Virus record (IMG/VR): IMGVR_UViG_3300017724_000002
Span: 1-61,386 of that record
DNA length: 61,386 bases
Source: a virus
Lineage: Duplodnaviria; Caudoviricetes
Reading direction: 5' to 3' (one strand)
Below, one piece after another: positions 1 to 9,496 of this stretch. Position 1 is the first letter of the stretch; every line of letters begins with the position of its first letter. The notes under the pieces were generated by a model. The model worked only from the letters and a program-made list of their open reading frames with translations. It was not told where the DNA came from and ran no database searches. Made by a program: the position numbers and the translations under genes.

Positions 1-123
1 AAAATGTGGGAAAGAGGAAAGTCTGTCACAGATTATACCAGTAGCGAGTTTAATAAAACAGACGATATGATGGAAACAGTCATGGGCGGTTGCGGTTGCG
101 GTTGTAGCGGTGATTCTGTTGAA
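1..123 (+). repeat. Terminal direct repeat, left copy (circular assembly overlap)
   Basis: 1-123 is identical to 61264-61386 (aaaatgtgggaaagagg...gattctgttgaa). It falls inside a CDS, so it is an assembly overlap indicating a complete circular or permuted genome. Confidence 0.95.
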
Positions 124-1494
124 GCGGCAGAATTACCAAAACCAAATAATACAGAATCACATGATGAATTTATGAGTCGTTGCACAGAAATGGGCTTTGA
201 CAGTCAAGAGTGCATGGAAGCACACAAAGGACACAAATTCAAAGAAGATGTTGAAGGCTATGGTAGCGGCGGAGGTAGCGGTGGTTACTCCAACAGTTGC
301 CAAACAGGTTACAAAATGCAGGGCGGTAAGTGTGTTAAGGCTACCTTCCAGTTAGATGTTGAAATTGATGTTAACGATATGGTTCTTCAAGCAAGTACCG
401 GCGAATACATTGTTGCTATATCCGGTATTGCTTTTCACGAAGGAATAAACAAGAACGGATGGGAAATTACACGCAAAGGCGCAGACCTTGCTATTGCGCA
501 AATGATTGGCGCAGATTTAACACTTAACCATCCTACTTCGGAAAATGGTCGATTTAAAAGAAATATGAATGGCGGTGTTGAAGAAGCAGTAGTTGGTTTT
601 GTTACCGAAGCATCTATTGTTGATAAAATAGGCGGAAACTGGGAAGTTAAATTCAAAGCAGAAGTCCACAGAAAAGAATTGTTTGAGGCTCTTGAATCCG
701 GTCTTTGGTTAAGACAAGGTTACGGAGTATCTATTGGTGGCAGTGGTATTCCCGATGATATGGTAGAAGCAGAAGATGGAAGAATGATTATGACATTTGA
801 AAGTGATTTTGTTTTTGACCATCTTGCAATTGTGCATAAACCTGCATATAACGGCGCAAAAATTGAAAGTGTCGAAAGAGTAAAAATGGCAGAATCCGCA
901 GAAGTCTTTAATAGTCATCCGTATTCTCTTCAGAATATCGCAACGGAGAGAAATACTATGTCAGAAGAAATTGTAGCATCCGAAATTAGCGAAGAGGAAG
1001 TTGTTGAAACTCCTATCGCAGAAGAAAGCACTATCGACTATTCCGCAGAAATTGAGGCTCTTAAGGCTTCACTTGCAGAAAAGGAAGAAGAACTAAACGC
1101 AATTAAAGCCGCAGAAGAGGCAGTAGCCGAAGAAGCACGCCTTGAACTTGTAAAGAAAGCAACAGAAATGGGAATCGCCGGTATTGATGCGCTTCCTTCT
1201 GAAACTCTTGAGTCAATCATTGCTTCCTTTGAGGCAAATACTCCAACCGAAGAGGTTGTTGAAATGACACCAGTTGCAAGCAGTGTTGAGGCATCCGAAA
1301 CACCTGCAACCCCTGCATCAACAGAAGTTGTTGCAAACTATCTTAACAGAAAGAAACTTAACACTCCGGTTGGTATTTATGCAAAAGCATGGAACGCATG
1401 GGCTAAGGCTTGGAATCAAACCTTGTCTGCCAGTGAAAAAGACCGATTCGGTGCTAAGACTTTTGAAGAACTAAAAGAAAAAAACATGATTTAA
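1..1494 (+). CDS. 3' part of multidomain prohead protease + scaffold (CDS starts at 60346 and crosses the junction; ~803 aa)
   Basis: HK97-type protease motifs (ISGIAFHEGINKNG, LTLNHP, GVSIGG, FDHLAIVHKPAY) followed by an acidic coiled coil. Lies between portal and MCP, in frame with the ORF from 60346. Confidence 0.85.
   Translation, partial: KMWERGKSVTDYTSSEFNKTDDMMETVMGGCGCGCSGDSVEAAELPKPNNTESHDEFMSRCTEMGFDSQECMEAHKGHKFKEDVEGYGSGGGSGGYSNSCQTGYKMQGGKCVKATFQLDVEIDVNDMVLQASTGEYIVAISGIAFHEGINKNGWEITRKGADLAIAQMIGADLTLNHPTSENGRFKRNMNGGVEEAVVGFVTEASIVDKIGGNWEVKFKAEVHRKELFEALESGLWLRQGYGVSIGGSGIPDDMVEAEDGRMIMTFESDFVFDHLAIVHKPAYNGAKIESVERVKMAESAEVFNSHPYSLQNIATERNTMSEEIVASEISEEEVVETPIAEESTIDYSAEIEALKASLAEKEEELNAIKAAEEAVAEEARLELVKKATEMGIAGIDALPSETLESIIASFEANTPTEEVVEMTPVASSVEASETPATPASTEVVANYLNRKKLNTPVGIYAKAWNAWAKAWNQTLSASEKDRFGAKTFEELKEKNMI
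958..1494 (+). CDS. Putative nested in-frame scaffolding protein (178 aa, MSEEIVASEISEEE...)
   Basis: Internal TATA-like CTTTAATA at 906-913, SD-like GGAGAG at 945-950 and in-frame ATG at 958. Product is an acidic coiled coil. Confidence 0.55.
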   Translation: MSEEIVASEISEEEVVETPIAEESTIDYSAEIEALKASLAEKEEELNAIKAAEEAVAEEARLELVKKATEMGIAGIDALPSETLESIIASFEANTPTEEVVEMTPVASSVEASETPATPASTEVVANYLNRKKLNTPVGIYAKAWNAWAKAWNQTLSASEKDRFGAKTFEELKEKNMI

Positions 1495-1505
1495 GGTGAT
1501 TAAAA

Positions 1506-1928
1506 ATGCAATTGAATAACCCAAGAACAGGAACAATAAAAACAGTAGCAAGTCAAGCACTTGTTAAAGGAACTATGGCAGGTCTATGCTTGCACATGGA
1601 TGGAACAACATTTGAAGTTTGCGCACAATCCGATGTAGTAATCGGAGTTACCGCAGACGAGCAAGAAAGAGATGTTAGCGGCTATGTATTAGCAGGTGCA
1701 AGCATCGGTTATTACACATTGGGCGGAGTCCTAATGCTCGCTTCAAAGGCTACAACCACTTATGCAGTCGGCGGATTTGTTTATGCTGACGATGATGGTT
1801 TAGTTGCCGCCGCACAAGCAGGTTCTTCCAAGAAGGTCGGAATCTATGTAGGCGCAAGCGCAGTTACTACAGGTAGCACCGCAGGAGATTTGATAGCAGT
1901 TGATACCTCATTTGCGGAGAAGGTTTGA
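1506..1928 (+). CDS. Capsid cement/decoration protein (DUF2190-like)
   Basis: 140 aa, Gly/Ala-rich beta protein (VIGVT...VGGFVYADDDG...VGIYV) between scaffold and MCP. Confidence 0.6.
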   Translation: MQLNNPRTGTIKTVASQALVKGTMAGLCLHMDGTTFEVCAQSDVVIGVTADEQERDVSGYVLAGASIGYYTLGGVLMLASKATTTYAVGGFVYADDDGLVAAAQAGSSKKVGIYVGASAVTTGSTAGDLIAVDTSFAEKV

Positions 1929-1942
1929 AGTCAATAAATTAA

Positions 1943-2866
1943 ATGGAGATGAATAAGATGAATAATACATTAGAAGAAATACTAACAGTTGAAGCCGCCA
2001 CAGGACAATTCGGACAAGCCGATGCAGTCCTTGAACAAACCTTAAGAGATTTTATCGAACTACAATCCACTACTATTGCAGTTGGAACACAATTAGTCGG
2101 TGTACGCTCAGTACCATACCTTGAATTTACATGGTATTCCGGTGCAGAAGGAACATTTACTTATCCTCTTGCTGACAATGCAGTAACAGACCCAACCAAG
2201 ATTGGAACTGCATCTTACTCAGTACACTTGAAGAAAGGTCAAGGTCGATGTATCTTCCTCGACTCAACACTACTTCGTGGAGAATCCTTTGAGAACATGG
2301 ATAGACAACAAATGGCTATTGTCCGAAACAGGGCATCAGTCATTGACAACCTAATCATATCTGCTCTTATTGATGGTGCAGGTCAAAGCGTTGCAATAAG
2401 CGGCGGTGCAGAATGGGATAGCGGAAGCGGCGACGCAGAAGCAAACATTTTGTCTGCTATGGATTTGATTTTCACCAATGGCCGTGTGTCCGGTGATGAG
2501 GCAGTTGCTATTGTTTTACCAACCACTGCAAGAAAGACTTTGATGGCTACTACCCTTTACGGAAATGTCGTTGAATCCCTTGCTGATAACTTGTCAAGAA
2601 AGATGAACATTACCTTCTATTACAGTCGTGATGCACTTCTTGCTGACACTGCTCTAGTCCTAATTCCGGGTGCTGAAACTGCTGAGTTTTTGCAATACAA
2701 CGGTGACGGTTTCCAAGAAACTGAATTGACTCGTATTCCGGGTGTAGGTTTTGACTGGATGCTAACTGGTTACATGGCTTGTATTGTTCACGAACACCAA
2801 GACAGTCAAGTAGCAGGCAGTGGAAAGAACGATAGAATCTGTAAGATTACAAACATTACTGCTTGA
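1943..2866 (+). CDS. Major capsid protein, HK97 fold (likely start 1958)
   Basis: ~300 aa, position after protease and cement, HK97-like pattern (IDNLIISALIDGAG...W...ANILSAMDLI). Confidence 0.8.
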   Translation: MEMNKMNNTLEEILTVEAATGQFGQADAVLEQTLRDFIELQSTTIAVGTQLVGVRSVPYLEFTWYSGAEGTFTYPLADNAVTDPTKIGTASYSVHLKKGQGRCIFLDSTLLRGESFENMDRQQMAIVRNRASVIDNLIISALIDGAGQSVAISGGAEWDSGSGDAEANILSAMDLIFTNGRVSGDEAVAIVLPTTARKTLMATTLYGNVVESLADNLSRKMNITFYYSRDALLADTALVLIPGAETAEFLQYNGDGFQETELTRIPGVGFDWMLTGYMACIVHEHQDSQVAGSGKNDRICKITNITA

Positions 2867-2878
2867 GGGTGATTTCGG

Positions 2879-3262
2879 TTGTCAAGAACCAATGAAATAA
2901 CCGCATCCTTTAGGGTTACGGCAGGCGGAGGCGCAGAAGCAGTTAGTGCTTCTAAGACAAACGCATCTTTTACTTCCGGTGATTCAGCAGTAATTAATGG
3001 CACTGCGCCAAATACTACTGCGCAATCATGGACTGTTGCAGACTTTTTAGGTGCAGGTGTCGCCGCAGGCGGAGTTTATTTTGAGAATCGTGATGGTGCA
3101 ATAGCAATTACATTAGAATGCCAAGTATCATCTGCCGCAAAAGTCCTTCTTTCGATTCCGGCAGGCGGAGTATTTTGTGCAAGATTTGCTGATGCAGTCG
3201 ATGTAATTAAAGTCACTGCCGCTTCATCAACCGCAGACTACTCATTAGTATTTGCGGAGTGA
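2879..3262 (+). CDS. Putative virion structural protein
   Basis: TTG start after GAGGGTGA SD; beta-rich Ala/Ser/Thr composition; directly after MCP. Confidence 0.5.
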   Translation: MSRTNEITASFRVTAGGGAEAVSASKTNASFTSGDSAVINGTAPNTTAQSWTVADFLGAGVAAGGVYFENRDGAIAITLECQVSSAAKVLLSIPAGGVFCARFADAVDVIKVTAASSTADYSLVFAE

Positions 3263-3268
3263 TGTTAA

Positions 3269-3484
3269 ATGGATTACGATTACGCAAAGTTTTACTCTTC
3301 ACACATAGGGCATGAGTTGCCCGATGAAGAAGAAATTGCAAAGTGCAATTCAAAAAAATGTATTCGTGATTGCATAAAAGCAATGAAACCACTTGCAAAA
3401 GCAAAACCAAAGTCTAAAAAACCTTCTTTAAAGAAGGATAAGATTCTTGAAGAAGTCGTAAAGGAGGCTTCAAATGAAGAGTAA
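3269..3484 (+). CDS. Small Lys-rich hypothetical protein
   Basis: ORF with GGAGTGA SD in the structural operon. Confidence 0.55.
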   Translation: MDYDYAKFYSSHIGHELPDEEEIAKCNSKKCIRDCIKAMKPLAKAKPKSKKPSLKKDKILEEVVKEASNEE

Positions 3485-3908
3485 ATCAGCAGTTGCTAAA
3501 GCACTGAAAGATAAAGGATTGCCTCTTCCCGAAGAAGATTCATTCGATGCAATGATGCACCGATTAAATACATGGGAAACTTCAAGAGGTTATTTATTCA
3601 GAAGAATTAAATCAAGATTCTATGCTTCTCAAAAACTACCTGCTGATATTCCTTTTGGAACAGTAGTGTTTGTTCCTGCAAGTGAATTTGCTCGCAAAGT
3701 TATGAAAACTGGCGCAATGTTCCCATTGGGTCGTGCAGAATACAACCCTAAAGTCCACAAACTTATAGATGTTCCTAAGACTGAAACTTATTCTGAACCT
3801 AAAGCAGAAAAACCAAAAGTCGAAAAGAAAGTAACACCAAAGAAGAAAAGCAGTGCAAAGGTGAAAAAGAGTGGCAATAACAAATCCAACAGTAAGTCAG
3901 ATTCGTGA
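3474..3908 (+). CDS. Hypothetical protein with Lys-rich C-terminal tail
   Basis: ORF with GGAGG SD, overlapping its neighbours. Confidence 0.6.
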   Translation: MKSKSAVAKALKDKGLPLPEEDSFDAMMHRLNTWETSRGYLFRRIKSRFYASQKLPADIPFGTVVFVPASEFARKVMKTGAMFPLGRAEYNPKVHKLIDVPKTETYSEPKAEKPKVEKKVTPKKKSSAKVKKSGNNKSNSKSDS

Positions 3909-4269
3909 TTTGCTCAACAGACCGAGAGGACTGAATGAAGCAACGGTAAATGAATATATTACTATGCGCAGTGCGCAAGTAAATCGTATGCGCAGAAGTA
4001 GCAATCTTTATGGAGTAAATGACTCAACAGGTGTTACAGACACAGAATGCGAATCAGCAATTAAAATGCTTGTTTGCGTCGATTGTTTAAGAGTAATGAT
4101 TGATACTATTCCTATGTATTTTCCCGAAGCCGAGCAAAGAAGAACAGACATACGGCTCTCTCAACAAATGAAATCATTTGAAAAACATGCCGATAGTTTG
4201 CTCAAGGCGATAAGTGAAGCAGAATCTTCTGCGTTTGCAATTGATAGTAGCAACAGTCGGCAGGTGTGA
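3871..4269 (+). CDS. Putative head-tail adaptor
   Basis: 132-aa helical protein (PTVSQIRDLL...TVNEYI) with GTG start after GGTGA; position after MCP. Confidence 0.5.
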   Translation: MAITNPTVSQIRDLLNRPRGLNEATVNEYITMRSAQVNRMRRSSNLYGVNDSTGVTDTECESAIKMLVCVDCLRVMIDTIPMYFPEAEQRRTDIRLSQQMKSFEKHADSLLKAISEAESSAFAIDSSNSRQV

Positions 4270-6479
4270 TAATGGCAACATATACATGGTCAGCGTCAGC
4301 ACCGGGCGATGCGGCAAATTCTTCAAATTGGACTCCAACAGGCGTGCCTGCTACTGGCGACGACGCAATATTTAACTCAACAAGTATAGTGAATTGTAAT
4401 TGGAATATAGGAGTGGTAGGCACTATCGGCATTGATGGCACTTATACAGGTCAAATTGATATGTCAACAAATGCAGAAATAGAAACACAATTAACTTTTG
4501 GAAGAAATAATTGCATTACTTCCATAAATAATAACACTGTAATTAAATTTACTGGAACTCCGTCAACCGGAGGGTTTTACATTCGTTATGGAACAGGCAT
4601 AACAGATGCGTTTGTTGATGCTACGGCAAAAGATAACATTTTCTTTAAATTTGAAGGAGGCGTAAGTCAATTAATTGTTGGTGGTTGTTATCCTCATTTA
4701 CAGTTTGATAATGGATTTAGAGCGCAATATAATGGAACAGGCTCAAATTATAATGTTGAATGGGAAAGTATGATATTAAATGGTGGTACTGTAAATCAAG
4801 TATCATCAACACCCACTGCTAATGATAGATTAATGAATTGGATTACTAAAAATAATACACCACATAATACTATGACTGGTTCTTCATTTCAAATTACTTC
4901 AACCGCAAATACATTATTTAACGGTGGTTACGGAACATGGACTTTTCAACCAACATCAAGATTGCCAGTTGACGGTCATCCCGACTATAATGGTTGGACT
5001 TTTAAATTTGAAAATTGGATTCTTGATTCAGTTGCAGGCAATGGAGTTTTTATATTACCTTCCAGTTCTATTCTCCAATTAACAAATTTAACTATTAATC
5101 AAGGAGTATCTTTGATGGCTCATTCAACAGGCTCTATGATACATCTTGTCAATAGACCAACAATACATGGAACATGGGGATTCTTTGCTATTGCAGACGG
5201 AATATATGCGTATAAAAATAAATATAATTTAGGTGTATCATTTGGTGGAACGGGCTTAAGTGTTGTTCCCGAACATCGCATTTTGTTTGGTAAAGATAAT
5301 CAAAAACTAAATACTTCATCCAGTTTTACTTATAATAATTCAACAAATCTTCTTTCTATTGGAAGCGGAGGTATTGAGTTTAATGATGGAACAATTCAAA
5401 CTACTGCCGCAACAGGTGGGGGCGGAGGCGGAGGTAGCGGTATAACTGTTCAAGATGAAGGAATTGCAACTTCTGCTACTCTTGGTACTACTCTTAATTT
5501 TGTTGACGGTCAACATGCAGTTTCTACTGTTCCGACTACACAACCATTATGTGTTGAAGCAACAGGCGCAGGTGCAGTCAAAACTATTACTATTGATGGG
5601 TCAAAGGTCAGAACAGATGCAACAGATACTTTGCCTGCTTATCTTAACACAAAACTACAAGGAGGCACAAATATGGCTATTTTTCTTGATACTTCACTTG
5701 CGGCATCAGTAGGTCATAAATTTATATTTAATGCTACTAACGATAAAGTCAAAATATCGGCACTTGATACAACAGAAGATTTCTTAGAAAATAAATTAAT
5801 TGCAGGTTCTAACATCACTATTACCAAACCCACAATAGGAGGTAATGAAACTCTTACTATTGCTTCAACAGGCGGTGGCGGAGGGGGTAGTAGTGGTTAT
5901 CCACTATTCAAGCACGACCAATTACCTACTACTCATGGATTTAGCCCGTTTAGATTATTACAAAATGGAGATACAATAGAAATAGCCGTTACTTCGGGTG
6001 GTGATGATAATAAAGATGTGTCAGTCTTTACCCCAATAAATAGTGAAGAAGACCCCGTTATTATTGATATTATAGACATTGGTTCACATGCTACTTGCAC
6101 AGGTCGAGAGTATATGTTTTTCGGACAAGACGATAGACAACAGGTAACAACATATCGTGGAGGATTTTCAAATGCAAATCCCTACCCAATAATGTTTTGC
6201 GATAGTATGAGAGATATTATTCCGGTGACAGGTTCTCCACCTTTTATTCCAAGTGCCTTATTTTCCGAATTACAAGTATCTCCTTCAACGAGAGATACAA
6301 GACTAAACAATGTTAGAGTGATGGATGCAGGAAAACATGCAGTAGTTATGATTGACCCAAATACGGAAGAACCAATGGAAGAACCAATAAGTGTAAGAGT
6401 TTTGCTTGTTGTTGATTATCAACAAATGCACGATAGAGGAAGATATGTAGGTAATAATTATTCATTAAGGGGGTTCTGA
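4266..6479 (+). CDS. Fibre/spike-like adhesin structural protein
   Basis: N-terminal TYTW...NSSNWTPTGVPATGDDAIF beta-helix start, poly-Gly linkers, AGSNITIT fibre repeats. Confidence 0.65.
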   Translation: MIMATYTWSASAPGDAANSSNWTPTGVPATGDDAIFNSTSIVNCNWNIGVVGTIGIDGTYTGQIDMSTNAEIETQLTFGRNNCITSINNNTVIKFTGTPSTGGFYIRYGTGITDAFVDATAKDNIFFKFEGGVSQLIVGGCYPHLQFDNGFRAQYNGTGSNYNVEWESMILNGGTVNQVSSTPTANDRLMNWITKNNTPHNTMTGSSFQITSTANTLFNGGYGTWTFQPTSRLPVDGHPDYNGWTFKFENWILDSVAGNGVFILPSSSILQLTNLTINQGVSLMAHSTGSMIHLVNRPTIHGTWGFFAIADGIYAYKNKYNLGVSFGGTGLSVVPEHRILFGKDNQKLNTSSSFTYNNSTNLLSIGSGGIEFNDGTIQTTAATGGGGGGGSGITVQDEGIATSATLGTTLNFVDGQHAVSTVPTTQPLCVEATGAGAVKTITIDGSKVRTDATDTLPAYLNTKLQGGTNMAIFLDTSLAASVGHKFIFNATNDKVKISALDTTEDFLENKLIAGSNITITKPTIGGNETLTIASTGGGGGGSSGYPLFKHDQLPTTHGFSPFRLLQNGDTIEIAVTSGGDDNKDVSVFTPINSEEDPVIIDIIDIGSHATCTGREYMFFGQDDRQQVTTYRGGFSNANPYPIMFCDSMRDIIPVTGSPPFIPSALFSELQVSPSTRDTRLNNVRVMDAGKHAVVMIDPNTEEPMEEPISVRVLLVVDYQQMHDRGRYVGNNYSLRGF

Positions 6480-6480
6480 T

Positions 6481-6588
6481 ATGACACGATGTAAAATTTT
6501 AGATAAATGGTTTGACGCACAATCAAAGCGTCTTGATGAAAAAGAAAAAGTCCAACAAAAAGATTTGATAACAGGTGATAAAAAATGA
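6481..6588 (+). CDS. Microprotein (35 aa, MTRCKILDKWFDAQSKRLDEKEKVQQKDLITGDKK), not in ORF track
   Basis: Fills the gap exactly; its TGA overlaps the ATG at 6585 (ATGA). Confidence 0.55.
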   Translation: MTRCKILDKWFDAQSKRLDEKEKVQQKDLITGDKK

Positions 6589-6767
6589 GTGAAAATAACC
6601 AAAGAAGAGGAAAAATTGTATATGTGCCTCCCGAAAAGTGCTATACTAACATAAACATTGAAGAAACACCACACGGCTACCGTCTATATAGGGAGGGCGA
6701 AGCCCGTCATTTTGCAGTAGTGCCGTTATCAAAAGCAGTTGTTGTTGAATACAAAGAAAATAGGTGA
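6585..6767 (+). CDS. Small hypothetical protein
   Basis: GGTGA SD; coupled to neighbours. Confidence 0.6.
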   Translation: MSENNQRRGKIVYVPPEKCYTNINIEETPHGYRLYREGEARHFAVVPLSKAVVVEYKENR

Positions 6768-7084
6768 ATAAAATGGATTTAGAAACATTAGGAATTATAA
6801 GCGCAATAGGTTTATTTGGTGCAGGTCTTGCATTTAAGTATTGGAAAAAGTTAAAGCCAAAACTCGATTTGGCACTTGCAGACGGTCAGTTAACTCTTGA
6901 AGAAGCAATGAATTTAGTTGATGATGCTAAGGAAATTGTTGAAGAAGTTAAATCATTACCTTCTTTAAGTAAAATGCGTAAAATGCGCAAATCAGAAATA
7001 ATGAATTTGTGCGCAGAATATGATATTGATACTAAAGGAACAAAAGACCAGTTAATAGAAAAACTTAAAGAAGCGGTGAAGTAA
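6764..7084 (+). CDS. Membrane protein with C-terminal SAP/HeH-like motif
   Basis: N-terminal TM (LGIISAIGLFGAGLAF); C-terminal MRKSEIMNLCAEYDIDTKGTKDQLIEKL matches the SAP pattern. Confidence 0.6.
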   Translation: MNKMDLETLGIISAIGLFGAGLAFKYWKKLKPKLDLALADGQLTLEEAMNLVDDAKEIVEEVKSLPSLSKMRKMRKSEIMNLCAEYDIDTKGTKDQLIEKLKEAVK

Positions 7085-7085
7085 A

Positions 7086-7616
7086 ATGGTATATTATTGT
7101 AGTGTTGCTGATGTTGGCTCTCGTTTAGGTCTTGATTCTGCGCAAAGAGATAGAGCGCAGTCAAGAATTATAAGACATATTCGCCAAACAACAATTTACA
7201 TAGACCAAGCATTTCTTGAGTATGGTCGTGATGAACCAAGTCGTGAAACTGCGCAAACTACTTTAAATGGCGCAGTATCAGCAGGTGCTACAACAATTAC
7301 ATTAACAAGCCCAACAGGTTTTTCAAGTGCAGGTTCGGGCAATATTGACGGTGATTCTTTTACATGGACTGGTATATCGACTAACAATTTAACAGGTGTT
7401 ACTGGAATAAGCGCAGACCACTTAAGCGGAGTTACTGTTGAACAAGGAGAGTTTGCGCATATTGTGCGTGAAATTTGCGCAGATTTAGCGGCGGCTTCTT
7501 ATCTTGAAGATGAAGGCACACATCAAACCGGCGCAGATGGTGGACTAAGAGGGAAAACATTGCGTGATAGAGGCAATCATTGTTTGCAACGACTTGCGCA
7601 TTTAGGCAAGGCGTGA
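7086..7616 (+). CDS. Head-tail connector with inserted beta domain
   Basis: YCSVADV...ID...REICADLAA adaptor pattern, interrupted by a TTLNGAVSAGATTITL...FTWTG...LTGV module. Confidence 0.6.
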   Translation: MVYYCSVADVGSRLGLDSAQRDRAQSRIIRHIRQTTIYIDQAFLEYGRDEPSRETAQTTLNGAVSAGATTITLTSPTGFSSAGSGNIDGDSFTWTGISTNNLTGVTGISADHLSGVTVEQGEFAHIVREICADLAAASYLEDEGTHQTGADGGLRGKTLRDRGNHCLQRLAHLGKA

Positions 7617-7622
7617 TGTTAA

Positions 7623-8339
7623 ATGAGTTTTACTTCTAATGCAAGAGGAACGCATTCTAATGTTAAAGTAGTAATGAACGATAGAGCATTGCAACAGGCA
7701 TTAGTTATGTTAGGTTCAGCAGGTGAAAATGTATTAGATAACTTTCTAAAATTAATTACAAAGGAACAAGTTGCAGTAATGAAAAAAGAATTAAAGTCAA
7801 AAGCAGGTGCTTTAGCAAATGTGCGTGTACCATCACCGAAAGGTTTGCCTTTTTCTAAATCAAAAAATATTTATGTTAAAGTTGCAGATGCTTTAAAGAT
7901 TCACAAAATGAAAAAAATGGAGTACAAAATTCATACTGGCGATTCAATTGTTGATGCAGAACAAGGTGTTTTGGGTCAAAGAGGGGGAAAAATTGCGCAT
8001 ATTGTAGCCAAAGGTATGAATCCTTTTAAATATGGTAATTTACCGCCTCTTGTCATGTCAAGTACACGATGGTATAAAAAAACAGGTGTTGCAGGTTGGG
8101 TTTCAACAGGTATGAAAATGAAACGCACGCATCCGGGTTTTAAAGACACACTTGATTATATTGGGCTAATAGAAAAAAGAGTAAGAAAAGAATTTGAATC
8201 AAAGGTTGATAGCGCAATTATATCAGCAGGAGTAGCCGCAGGCTTTAGCCCATCAGAATCAATAGGCATGGGTAGCGGCGTTGGCGGAACAACAAGTGCT
8301 ACAACAGGCGGAAAAGGAATAATGAGTGCAAGGAGATGA
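7623..8339 (+). CDS. Putative neck/tail completion protein (HK97 gp10-like)
   Basis: Basic protein with a HPG motif near the C-terminus; neck position. Confidence 0.45.
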   Translation: MSFTSNARGTHSNVKVVMNDRALQQALVMLGSAGENVLDNFLKLITKEQVAVMKKELKSKAGALANVRVPSPKGLPFSKSKNIYVKVADALKIHKMKKMEYKIHTGDSIVDAEQGVLGQRGGKIAHIVAKGMNPFKYGNLPPLVMSSTRWYKKTGVAGWVSTGMKMKRTHPGFKDTLDYIGLIEKRVRKEFESKVDSAIISAGVAAGFSPSESIGMGSGVGGTTSATTGGKGIMSARR

Positions 8340-8344
8340 AGTAA

Positions 8345-9442
8345 ATGACAGTATCAAAACAAACAGATTATTGGACTACAAGATTAAACGGACATGACCC
8401 AACAAGCCCCGTTGGCGATAATAATACTGCGTGGACTTTGAATGCAGGAGTTGGCGGTGATGGTATTTCACAAAATGGTTATTGGCGTATATCATCATCC
8501 AGTGGAGGACAAACTTGGAAACAAGCCGTTATTAATGACGATAATAGTTTGACCTTGATGTGCGCTATTCATGTTGAATCTGTTCCTAGTAATGGTGAAG
8601 TCATCATGGCTTTGGATAATGGAACTCATAGAGTCGAAGTGCAAAGTGATGGAAGTTTTGACAAGGTGAAACTCGTTGGAACTACTACAACAACCTCCAA
8701 CAATCTTGACCTCGCTATGAATGAAAGTGAATCCGTTCCCTGCATTTTGCGTTTGACTTTGAGTAGTGACGGTGTTGGCCGTTTGTATATGCGTGAAATT
8801 ATTGAAGATGATGATGCACAACAACATTATCTTGAGGTTTCTGCGCAAAGTAGTAGTGCGCAGGGTGCTTTTTTCGGAACAACCACTGGCACTGTCGATT
8901 TTTATTCTGTTTATTTTACTCCGCATGGCGCATACTCTCCCGATGAAATGGATATGTCAGATTTTATTTCGCACAGTCTTTTGCGCACAGGTATGAAAGT
9001 CGTTGAAGTTTTGCAAAATTCAAATAGATTATTTTTGAAAACTCATGTTAAGTCAAGTGGTATTAGGTATGGTTATGATTTATCAAGTAATAGTATGATT
9101 AACAGATTTCCAACCCCAAGTGTTCATGTAATGATTCAAAAAAGCGAATCGCCGGAGTTTTTAACTTTAGCAGGTACACGCACAGACCAACGCTATGATG
9201 TTATTATTTTTGTTACTACTAAAGGAACAAACTATGAAAATTCTTATCGCTTAGGAACAAGTATTCTTGGAGAAGTATTTGATGAGTTATACACAAAAAC
9301 AGGACTTGAGCATGGCGTTGATAGTTTAATTTCATACGATGCAAAGTTTGATACAAAGGTTGACGATGATGAAGTAGTTTGCATACACAATTTGACTTTA
9401 ACATATATGAAGAAAATAAGAATGTTTTTGAGAGAAGCATGA
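8345..9442 (+). CDS. Putative tail terminator with N-terminal beta-sandwich domain
   Basis: C-terminal terminator-like pattern (FPTPSVHV...YDVIIFV) directly upstream of the tail tube. Confidence 0.45.
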   Translation: MTVSKQTDYWTTRLNGHDPTSPVGDNNTAWTLNAGVGGDGISQNGYWRISSSSGGQTWKQAVINDDNSLTLMCAIHVESVPSNGEVIMALDNGTHRVEVQSDGSFDKVKLVGTTTTTSNNLDLAMNESESVPCILRLTLSSDGVGRLYMREIIEDDDAQQHYLEVSAQSSSAQGAFFGTTTGTVDFYSVYFTPHGAYSPDEMDMSDFISHSLLRTGMKVVEVLQNSNRLFLKTHVKSSGIRYGYDLSSNSMINRFPTPSVHVMIQKSESPEFLTLAGTRTDQRYDVIIFVTTKGTNYENSYRLGTSILGEVFDELYTKTGLEHGVDSLISYDAKFDTKVDDDEVVCIHNLTLTYMKKIRMFLREA

Positions 9443-9496
9443 TTATAAACTTTTTAAGGGCAACCTTCATAAAGCACACACCGCTTCCTTTAGAAC

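Noticed and set aside
1-123. Biological terminal repeat
   Set aside because: It lies mid-CDS and is exact and short; best explained as assembler overlap.
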